43,579 nt of DNA from Fidelibacterota bacterium (GTDB lineage Bacteria > Fidelibacterota > Marinisomatia > Marinisomatales > Marinisomataceae), in contig NZWP01000012.1 of NCBI GenBank assembly GCA_002701645.1, positions 1 to 43,579 of the forward strand, written 5' to 3'. Below, piece after piece: positions 8,865-16,043 of the stretch. A program made the translations under genes and the position numbers. Each line of letters starts with the position of its first letter. Positions within the stretch are counted from its first letter, which is position 1. Under the pieces are notes generated by a model that was not told the origin of the DNA, ran no database searches, and saw only the letters and a list, made by a program, of their open reading frames with translations.

Positions 8865-9893
8865 TTATTCTAGTATTAAGTATCCGTTTTCTAATCCATT
8901 GACTGTAATGCCTGAACCATCTATGTCTAACATGATAGTATCAGCACTGTCAAAATTAATATTTGTATTCGTTGAACCATTTACTGTAAAGTTTACTGTA
9001 GCAATCACACCATCTCCATCAGAAGTTGGTTGGTCACTAGATAGGGAAGAAGTATAAATAGTCACTTCGCCATTACTCTCATCTTTAGTAACAATAAATA
9101 ATGGATCAGTATTTCCTTGTAAGAAATCACCAGCAGTAACATCACCAATAGTTACCGCACTTGCATCATAAGTTAGTTTTGCTTGTGCTGCAGCTAGGCC
9201 AGTCACACCCATTACTTTGATATCCAATGCAACACTAGCTCCCGTAGAAGTATCTGTATACTTTGAATCTAAAATCATTGCTGGAGTTTGAATATCAGTC
9301 AATGTTATATAAGCGGATGTATTGGCAGTATTAGATCCGCCTTCACCAGTTACGCTTAATGAAACATCATAACTTCCTGCACTACTATAGGTGTGAATCG
9401 GTGAATCTTCTGAGCTAGTTGTTCCATCACCAAAATTCCAACTTGATTGGGTATATTGCGATGATGTGTTTGTAAACTGAACACGTAATTCAGGAGTTCC
9501 TGATGTAGGTGCTCCAAAAAATGCTGCAGTTGGTGCAATTGCATTTACTGTGATATAATCAATCTTTGTTGTAGTATCAGTTCCTCCACTTCCTGTAACA
9601 GTCAATGAAACAGAATATGTTCCTGTAGTACTATATGTATATGATACAGAAGTACCTGATGCATCTGGAGATCCATCATTATCAAAATCCCATACAGTAG
9701 TCGTTGCATTAGTAGATCCAGATAAAAATCCAACTGTTAAAGGTACGGGTCCAGATACTGGAGTTCCTGCAAAAATTGCTACTGGCGCTGGATCAGTAGG
9801 TTCTGTTCCGCCGCCGCCATCGCCGCCGCCGCCGCCACCACCACCGCAACTAATCAATAAAACTAAAAATAATGATAAGAGTTTTTTTAGCAT
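8865..9893 (-). CDS. lipoprotein with poly-Gly tether, two PKD domains and a C-terminal cohesin-like domain
   Basis: Lipobox LLIS-C16 follows a hydrophobic signal peptide and is followed by GGGGGGGGDGGGG. PKD1 covers aa ~37-117 (WDFDNDGS) and PKD2 covers aa ~121-199 (WNFGDGT). The stop lies 4 nt upstream of the giant gene's start, so the two genes are probably co-transcribed. Confidence 0.85.
   Translation of the reverse strand: MLKKLLSLFLVLLISCGGGGGGGGDGGGGTEPTDPAPVAIFAGTPVSGPVPLTVGFLSGSTNATTTVWDFDNDGSPDASGTSVSYTYSTTGTYSVSLTVTGSGGTDTTTKIDYITVNAIAPTAAFFGAPTSGTPELRVQFTNTSSQYTQSSWNFGDGTTSSEDSPIHTYSSAGSYDVSLSVTGEGGSNTANTSAYITLTDIQTPAMILDSKYTDTSTGASVALDIKVMGVTGLAAAQAKLTYDASAVTIGDVTAGDFLQGNTDPLFIVTKDESNGEVTIYTSSLSSDQPTSDGDGVIATVNFTVNGSTNTNINFDSADTIMLDIDGSGITVNGLENGYLILE
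8868..9284 (-). other. cohesin-like domain (aa ~204-342 of the lipoprotein)
   Basis: GASVALDIKVMGVTGLAAAQAKLTYDASAVTIGDVTAGDFLQGNTDPLFIVTKDESNGEVTIYTSSL...GDGVIATVNFTV follows the cohesin pattern (V.V.V..V..L.g.Q..L.YD...L....V..G.FL ... G.I ... G.G.la...F.V). Confidence 0.6.
9807..9848 (-). repeat. GGN trinucleotide tract (mostly GGC) encoding Cys16 plus G8-D-G4; a local GC-rich island
   Basis: The plus strand reads ccgccgccgccatcgccgccgccgccgccaccaccaccgca. It is the only long GC-rich run I noticed while reading this AT-rich window. Confidence 0.85.
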
Positions 9894-9894
9894 G

Positions 9895-9924
9895 AGTCAT
9901 AAATCTACAATAATTCTTATGACT
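9895..9924 (-). promoter_or_regulatory. 8-bp stem / 14-nt loop hairpin ending 1 nt before the lipoprotein start codon
   Basis: AGTCATAA (9895-9902) is the exact reverse complement of TTATGACT (9917-9924). On the minus-strand RNA the 3' arm is followed by C then AUG. No U-tract follows the hairpin. Confidence 0.25.
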
Positions 9925-9944
9925 TTGCCATAAAACTCTTTAAA

Positions 9945-11033
9945 TCAAAGAGTCTTTTCTGAGATTATGACATTTCTTTGATGTAAATATTGTAAAATAA
10001 ATTGCATGCAATCAGGTTTTGCACCAACCATTTCTGGAGGAAAGACTCCATATTCACTCCATAAATTTTCTAAAATTAAATTGATACTAGCTGTTGCAGT
10101 ATATCCTGTAGTACGTGCCATAGAAGAGGTTTGACTTGTTAAATCAAATTCATCATATAAATGATAAGTAATCATTTTCATCTCACCTTTAATAATAATA
10201 TCAAGAACAGTAAATTCTATTTCATTCTTATCTAGTTTCCATTCTTCAAATAATTTCTTAGATGTTTCAGCAATATTGTTATTATTAAATAAACCTTTAT
10301 TGCGATAATCAAGCATCAATTCTGCATGACCAGGATAGCGTAATGTTTTTTCTTTTAAGTTTGGGATATGATTCATTGTTGAAAGTAATGAGCGTAATCC
10401 ATCAGTATTAAATGCTTCTAATTGACCAGCATCCTCAAATTCCATTGTTTCTATATCAGATAAGGCAGGTTCAGTAACGACTTCATAATCTATTAACATC
10501 CTTGCAGGTCGTGTATACTCTTCAATTACGTCTATAGGCGAGAAAGGAGCCTTATAATTAAATGGAGGTTGCGGATTTTTAGGAAGTCCGCCCACATAAT
10601 ATTCAAATGATTCAATATTTAATTGTGCATCCCAATAGCCTAGTAGATAATTAGGAATTCCAGGAGCCACCCCAGCATCAACAATCACAGTCACACCTTT
10701 TTCTTTTGCTAAGTTATTAAGATCTAATATATTTTCTGGCGAGAAAGATATATCAACTACATTTTTCCTACTATTGATAATTGTTTTTAATGCGTTATAA
10801 CCTAAAAATCCAGGTACTGCTAATAATACAATGTCAGCTGGTTCAATCCACTTTGCAAGAGATTTTTCATCAGTAACATCTAGTTGAGATATTTGAATGT
10901 TGTGATTTTGAGATTGGATATCTTCAAGAGTCTTAAGGTTATAATCGGCAAGAAAAAGATTGTGATTTCTTGAAAGATCGGCAGCCATTGCACTTCCAAT
11001 CATTCCAGCTCCAATTTGATAAATATTTTTCAT
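9945..11033 (-). CDS. saccharopine dehydrogenase-family NAD(P)-binding oxidoreductase
   Basis: The ATG at 11033 gives MKNIYQIGAGMIGSAMAADL (Rossmann GxGxxG). Length and a central/C-terminal Sacchrp_dh-like layout fit the family. The ORF-track TTG start at 11066 would run through the terminator hairpin. Confidence 0.75.
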   Translation of the reverse strand: MKNIYQIGAGMIGSAMAADLSRNHNLFLADYNLKTLEDIQSQNHNIQISQLDVTDEKSLAKWIEPADIVLLAVPGFLGYNALKTIINSRKNVVDISFSPENILDLNNLAKEKGVTVIVDAGVAPGIPNYLLGYWDAQLNIESFEYYVGGLPKNPQPPFNYKAPFSPIDVIEEYTRPARMLIDYEVVTEPALSDIETMEFEDAGQLEAFNTDGLRSLLSTMNHIPNLKEKTLRYPGHAELMLDYRNKGLFNNNNIAETSKKLFEEWKLDKNEIEFTVLDIIIKGEMKMITYHLYDEFDLTSQTSSMARTTGYTATASINLILENLWSEYGVFPPEMVGAKPDCMQFILQYLHQRNVIISEKTL

Positions 11034-11040
11034 TTTAATT

Positions 11041-11077
11041 TTTTTTAAAAAAAAAGGAACTATCAAAGTTCCTTTTT
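11041..11077 (-). terminator. intrinsic-terminator-like hairpin downstream of tRNA-Asp
   Basis: An 11-bp perfect stem AAAAAGGAACT (11051-11061) / AGTTCCTTTTT (11067-11077) with the 5-nt loop ATCAA. On the minus strand the stem runs straight into a U-run (complement of A47-A55). Confidence 0.6.
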
Positions 11078-11104
11078 AGTGTATTCATTGCTTTTATTTA
11101 TTTG

Positions 11105-11178
11105 CGGGATAGACGGGACTCGAACCCGCGACCTCCGGCTTGACAGGCCGGCGTTCTAACCAGCTGAACTACTACCCC
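11105..11178 (-). tRNA. tRNA-Asp (anticodon GTC)
   Basis: The reverse complement reads GGGGTAGTAGTTCAGCTGGTTAGAACGCCGGCCTGTCAAGCCGGAGGTCGCGGGTTCGAGTCCCGTCTATCCCG. Anticodon stem CCGGC/GCCGG with loop CTGTCAA; T-arm GCGGG-TTCGAGT-CCCGT; discriminator G. CCA is not encoded. Confidence 0.9.
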
Positions 11179-11185
11179 ATGATAA

Positions 11186-11401
11186 TTATTTATTATATAA
11201 TAATGCGTATGGAATAAGAACTAAATACCCGATTAATAAAAGCAGAGGAGAAAGGACTAAACTTTGAAAGCTGTCAACTTCTCCTAAATACATTGTCAAA
11301 TAACCCACAATTATAACGAAAACTCCGGCTCCAAACAAAACATAATTTTTAGTTTTATATGGCCACTTAAAGTTCATTAGCTGTTTATTTTTGTTAGTCA
11401 T
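11186..11401 (-). CDS. small two-TM membrane protein, DUF3098-like
   Basis: 71 aa with a basic N-terminus, then NYVLFGAGVFVIIVGYLTMY and LSPLLLLIGYLVLIPYALL helices. This layout matches the FCB-group DUF3098 family as I remember it. Confidence 0.55.
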   Translation of the reverse strand: MTNKNKQLMNFKWPYKTKNYVLFGAGVFVIIVGYLTMYLGEVDSFQSLVLSPLLLLIGYLVLIPYALLYNK

Positions 11402-11495
11402 TTATGTTAAGTTAAATTTCTTCTAGCTAGTTTCCAAAAAATATAATTCCTTACGATTGATTTCAGGCTATAAAAGAATTAATTTCTCCTTCTTT

Positions 11496-12497
11496 ATGGT
11501 ATCCAATAATAATAGTAGTCGTGATTTAATGCTTGGACTGTTTTTAACTCTAAGTCTTCTTGGAGTGAGCATATTTTTTACTTCGAATAAAGAGATTGAT
11601 AAAACTATTTTTGTGATTGAAAAAGGGATGTCATTAAATACTGTGACCAATCTTTTGCATGAAAAAGAGATTATTCACAATAAATCCTTTTTTAAATATC
11701 GAGTTTATTTTCTTGGCTTATCCGATAAAATACCAGTTGGAACGTTTGCTGTTGAAGGAAAAGTTAGTAGTAAGGATATTATTAATACAATTTTTAAAGA
11801 AGGTCCAATTCGATTAAAATTAACAATTCCCGAAGGTTCATCATCGGAGCAAATATTTCTAAAGGCAAATAATCTATTTGATGAATCTGATGATTATGCT
11901 GCACTGTTTAAAGATCAAAGATTTATTGCAGAGTTTGATATTCAAGCCTCTTCTTTAGAAGGATATCTTTTCCCGGATACATATTATTTTTTTAAAGATA
12001 CAAGTAATCGTGAAGTGTTTATTACTATGATTAACGAGTTCTGGAAGAATTTTAATAAAACATTCATAGAACGCACAAATGAGCTAGGATTTACGGTACA
12101 TGAGGTTGTAACTTTAGCGTCGATTATAGAAGGAGAAGCTTTATTAGATAAAGAGAGAGCCATAATATCTTCAGTCTATCACAATCGATTAAAGAAAAGA
12201 ATGAAATTACAAGCAGATCCAACTATACAATATTTAATACCAGGTCATCCAAAAGCACTAAGCAATAGAGACTTAAGACTTATTTCTCCATATAACACTT
12301 ATTTAAATTATGGGCTACCTCCTGGACCTATTAATAATCCTGGATTAGAATCGATTAGAGCAGCGTTATATCCTGCGGATACGGATTATTTATATTTTGT
12401 AGCACAAGGTGATGGTTCTCATATATTTACTACTAATCAGAAAGATCATTTAGAAGCAAAGAATCTTTACAAGCAGTATAAAAGAGAGAATCGATGA
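11496..12497 (+). CDS. mltG: endolytic murein transglycosylase MltG (YceG-like)
   Basis: N-terminal TM anchor, LASIIEGEA catalytic-Glu motif, LQADPTIQY and YNTYLNYGLPPGPINNPG motifs. I prefer the ATG at 11496 over the ORF-track TTG at 11457. Confidence 0.85.
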   Translation: MVSNNNSSRDLMLGLFLTLSLLGVSIFFTSNKEIDKTIFVIEKGMSLNTVTNLLHEKEIIHNKSFFKYRVYFLGLSDKIPVGTFAVEGKVSSKDIINTIFKEGPIRLKLTIPEGSSSEQIFLKANNLFDESDDYAALFKDQRFIAEFDIQASSLEGYLFPDTYYFFKDTSNREVFITMINEFWKNFNKTFIERTNELGFTVHEVVTLASIIEGEALLDKERAIISSVYHNRLKKRMKLQADPTIQYLIPGHPKALSNRDLRLISPYNTYLNYGLPPGPINNPGLESIRAALYPADTDYLYFVAQGDGSHIFTTNQKDHLEAKNLYKQYKRENR

Positions 12498-14683
12498 ACT
12501 TAGGCGATTTAAATACTCAGCAGCTTAAAGCTGTAAAAACTGTTAAACATCCCGTACTTGTTTTTGCTGGTGCCGGGACTGGAAAGACGCGAGTTTTAAC
12601 TTACAAGATCTGGCATTTAATTAAAGAGAAGATTTATAGTCCCAATGAGATTTTAGCTCTGACATTTACCAATAAAGCTGCATTGGAAATGAAAAAGCGC
12701 ATTCAAGAAAGCGTTAATTGTGATGATGTAAACGTTGGAACGTTTCATTCAATTGGAGCAAGAATTCTAAGACAACATATTAGTTATTTAGATGATAGGT
12801 ATAATAGTAATTTTACTATCTATGATGTTTCTGATCAGAAAGCTTTATTAAAAGACGTAGTAGAACAATTAGATCTTGCTGATAATACTTTATCAATCGA
12901 AAGAAAAGCATTGATAAATATTAACTTTCTTCGTTCACAGCTTGATAAGTTTAAGAATGCTTCTATGTCAGTAGAAGAGGTAGAATCTAAAGCGAAAGAC
13001 AGCGATAGTAAAACAATTGCAAAAGTGTATAAGAAATATTCAGAATTATTATTGTCTAATAATGCTGTAGATTTTAATGATTTAATTGGAATGCCTCTTA
13101 AATTGTTTAAGCATAGCAATGCTTTACTAAAAAAATATCAACAGTCATGGAAGTATATACTAGTCGATGAATTTCAAGATACTAATTCACCTCAATTTGA
13201 ATTAATTAGTCTTTTAGGTGGTAAACATCAAAAGATTACGGTTGTAGGAGATGACGATCAATCTATTTACGGTTGGAGGGGAGCAAACATTGATAACATT
13301 CTAACAAATTTTAAAGATACATTTCCAAAAGCTGTAGAAATTAAGTTAGAAAAAAATTATAGATCTACTCAGCGTATTCTTGATGGTGCGTGGTCTGTAG
13401 TTAAAAATAATATTAATAGAGCTGAGAAAAAATTAGTTGCCACTAAAGATCTAGGAGAAAAGATATCACTTATCTCTACTGCAAGCGATGAAGATGAGGC
13501 CAGTGCAATATGCGATTCTATAAAAAAAGAAATCAAAATTAATAAAACTCCATTTAATGATTTTGCTGTACTCTACCGTACAAATGCACAATCTAGAATG
13601 ATTGAGCAAGCCATGATTAGAGAGGGTTTTCCATATCGTATTGTTGGAGGTACTAAATTTTATGACAGAAAAGAAATTAAAAACGTCCTGGCTTATTTAA
13701 TAATAGTATCCAATCCGAATGATAGTATTGCATTAAAAAGAATTATTAATTTTCCAGTTAGAGGGATTGGTGAAAAATCTATTACTATCTTTAATGATTC
13801 AGCACTAAAAAAAGACATTTCATTATTTGAGAGTTTAAAGTCTTGTAGGGATATAAAATTGAGAGGGAAACAGCAAGATTCAATTGAACAGTTTTATTTA
13901 TCAATTAATAAATTTCACGATTTATTAGAAACCTTAGATTGTAAAGAACTGATACGTGTTTTGTTAGAAGAATTTAATATTGAAAATTATTATAAAAATA
14001 ATCCTGCAGAACAAGACCGCTATAACAATATCCAAGAATTAAAATCGAGCGTTGATCGCTTTTCTGAAGAAAATCCAGGTGCTCATTTGAGAGATTTTTT
14101 ACAGGAAATAGCGCTTTATACCGATCTGGATGGATATGATAATAGTAAGTCACGTGTGGCACTTATGACAATCCATACAGCAAAAGGATTAGAGTTTCCT
14201 ACAGTTTTTGTTTCTGGTTTGGAGCAAGGCCTATTTCCTTTGATACGAATCGATGATGATTCAGATCAATTAGAAGAAGAAAGAAGACTGTTCTATGTGG
14301 CAGTAACAAGAGCAATGGAGAGAGTCTATTTGCTGAATGCGCAGCAAAGAAGAATATTTGGCGGATTAAAGAGATTATCTTTTATACAGTCTGATTTTTT
14401 AAATGAAATTGATAAAGATGTAACAGAAAATAAGCCTTATAAAACGGTTAAGATAAAAAGATTGGTACGTTCTGGCGGTAAAAAAACATTTAAAATATCT
14501 AGAACTGTCACACAATTTGATGATTTCAAAAAAGGCGACCAAGTACAGCACAATCTTTTTGGTGTCGGTACCATTGTAGTATTAAGTGGAACCGGTGAAA
14601 ATCAAAAAGTTGGTGTTGAATTTGATGGCGGATTAAGAAAAAAGCTTATCGTTAAATATGCTAGACTAAAAAAAATAGATTAG
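12494..14683 (+). CDS. pcrA: ATP-dependent DNA helicase, UvrD/PcrA/Rep family
   Basis: Walker A AGAGTGKT, DEFQDTN (motif II), GDDDQSIYGWRGA, YRTNAQSR, TIHTAKGLEF and RRLFYVAVTRA motifs, plus a C-terminal GDQVQHNLFGVGTIV Tudor-like tail. Confidence 0.9.
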   Translation: MNLGDLNTQQLKAVKTVKHPVLVFAGAGTGKTRVLTYKIWHLIKEKIYSPNEILALTFTNKAALEMKKRIQESVNCDDVNVGTFHSIGARILRQHISYLDDRYNSNFTIYDVSDQKALLKDVVEQLDLADNTLSIERKALININFLRSQLDKFKNASMSVEEVESKAKDSDSKTIAKVYKKYSELLLSNNAVDFNDLIGMPLKLFKHSNALLKKYQQSWKYILVDEFQDTNSPQFELISLLGGKHQKITVVGDDDQSIYGWRGANIDNILTNFKDTFPKAVEIKLEKNYRSTQRILDGAWSVVKNNINRAEKKLVATKDLGEKISLISTASDEDEASAICDSIKKEIKINKTPFNDFAVLYRTNAQSRMIEQAMIREGFPYRIVGGTKFYDRKEIKNVLAYLIIVSNPNDSIALKRIINFPVRGIGEKSITIFNDSALKKDISLFESLKSCRDIKLRGKQQDSIEQFYLSINKFHDLLETLDCKELIRVLLEEFNIENYYKNNPAEQDRYNNIQELKSSVDRFSEENPGAHLRDFLQEIALYTDLDGYDNSKSRVALMTIHTAKGLEFPTVFVSGLEQGLFPLIRIDDDSDQLEEERRLFYVAVTRAMERVYLLNAQQRRIFGGLKRLSFIQSDFLNEIDKDVTENKPYKTVKIKRLVRSGGKKTFKISRTVTQFDDFKKGDQVQHNLFGVGTIVVLSGTGENQKVGVEFDGGLRKKLIVKYARLKKID

Positions 14684-14695
14684 GTAATTTGAAGA

Positions 14696-15160
14696 ATGCA
14701 AAATTTAATACCATGTAGATTTCATGTAGAAGTTGAATCAGTCTTAAAGACTGAAGGTCTCAGAGCTACAAAACAGCGTTTAGATATTTGGGATGAATTG
14801 TCTGGAACAAATAAGCACAGAGATATCGAGACTATTCTTCACTCTCTTAAAAAGAAAAAAATCAATGTTTCAAGAGCAACTTTATATAGAACAATTGATG
14901 TGTTTGTAAAACACGGTTTATTAAAAAAACTCACTTTAGATGATGGTAGATTTTTATATGAGCATAATAAAAAATCTATTACCCCACAACATGATCATAT
15001 TGTATGCGAAGATTGTGGAGAAATTTTTGAGTTTTTTGATAACAGCATATCAAAGATTGAAGATAAAATTGCCAAAGATCTCAATCTTAAAGTTACAAAA
15101 AGAGTTCATCAATTATCTGCTACCTGCATGGGTACTCAGTGTAATCATCCTAAAAGTTAG
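14696..15160 (+). CDS. Fur-family metalloregulator
   Basis: Winged-helix segment LRATKQRLDIWDEL...VSRATLYRTIDVFVKHGLL, then QHDHIVCEDCGEIFEF (CxxC) and a C-terminal C-x5-C pair. The metal specificity (Fur/Zur/PerR) cannot be told from the sequence. Confidence 0.8.
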   Translation: MQNLIPCRFHVEVESVLKTEGLRATKQRLDIWDELSGTNKHRDIETILHSLKKKKINVSRATLYRTIDVFVKHGLLKKLTLDDGRFLYEHNKKSITPQHDHIVCEDCGEIFEFFDNSISKIEDKIAKDLNLKVTKRVHQLSATCMGTQCNHPKS

Positions 15161-15167
15161 TTTTTAA

Positions 15168-16043
15168 ATGAAATCAATCCTTATTAGTAATCTAGTTTCT
15201 GGAATGAAGCTTCAAGGCTTCTATCTTTGCATAGAAAAAAAATTGAGAAGAAAAAAAGATAGCTCTATTTATCTTGATTTATTATTACAAGATAAATCAG
15301 GATTAATAAGAGCCCGTATATGGGATAACGTAGAATCTTTATCAAAAAAGTTTGATGTAGGAAATCCTGTTGCTATTAAAGGTAGTACTTATAAATACGG
15401 TGATAGTATTTTTATTAAAATAAAGAATATCACGAGAGCATCTATTGAAAAATATGCAAAGTATGGTTTTAGTTCATCTGATTTAATACCAAGTTCAAAA
15501 AAAAATCCAAAACAATTATGGAATCATTTGATCAAGGAAATTGATCAAATATCTAAAATTCATTTAAAGCAATTGGTAAAGAAAATATTAGCAGACCATA
15601 AACAAAAATTTCAGATTTATCCAGCTAGCATTTCATATCAGTATAATTATCAAAATGGTTTGATTGAGCAAACTGTTTCATTGATTAAGATTTCTAAAAT
15701 TTTAGGAAAGCATTATAAGGTGGATACAGACCTACTATTAACCGGAGCCTGTTTACATCAAATTGGGAAATTGTATTCAATTAATATGGGATTTTCTCAG
15801 GCAAAATCAAATGAGAGACAATTGGTAGGCAATGCTATATTATCTAGGGATATCGTTAATAATTATATTAGAAAAATAAAGCGTTTTCCAGATCAAGATA
15901 AAGTAAGATTAGAGCACTTAATTTTATCTTATCAAGGAAGGAAAGAGTGGCAAAGTCCTATTGAACCTCAAACTTTGGAAGCAGTCCTATTGCATACAAT
16001 TAACTATATGGATTCACAGGTTAATGTCATGAGCAAGAAATGA
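15168..16043 (+). CDS. YhaM-like OB-fold + HD-domain protein with substituted HD metal ligands (probable pseudo-nuclease)
   Basis: The OB-fold segment YLDLLLQDKSGLIRARIWD resembles the YhaM segment FLTLMLQDQSGDIEAKLWD. The HD-domain scaffold is retained (YPAS..., LHQIGK, LILSYQGRKEWQSP, LLHTINYMDS), but the expected His/Asp positions are Gln/Tyr/Asn. Confidence 0.7.
   Translation: MKSILISNLVSGMKLQGFYLCIEKKLRRKKDSSIYLDLLLQDKSGLIRARIWDNVESLSKKFDVGNPVAIKGSTYKYGDSIFIKIKNITRASIEKYAKYGFSSSDLIPSSKKNPKQLWNHLIKEIDQISKIHLKQLVKKILADHKQKFQIYPASISYQYNYQNGLIEQTVSLIKISKILGKHYKVDTDLLLTGACLHQIGKLYSINMGFSQAKSNERQLVGNAILSRDIVNNYIRKIKRFPDQDKVRLEHLILSYQGRKEWQSPIEPQTLEAVLLHTINYMDSQVNVMSKK

Noticed and set aside
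9866-9880. Fur-box-like AT-rich strings: AATAATGATAAGAG at the 5' end of the lipoprotein gene, and GATAATTATTTAT near 11181
   Set aside because: They are only partial matches to the GATAATGATAATCATTATC consensus. Such strings are expected by chance in sequence this AT-rich, and one lies inside coding sequence.
11034-11066. The 11-codon N-terminal extension (TTG start at 11066) of the saccharopine-dehydrogenase-family ORF
   Set aside because: It would be translated through the 11-bp terminator stem, and it precedes the Rossmann motif that normally sits at the extreme N-terminus. The ATG at 11033 is more plausible.
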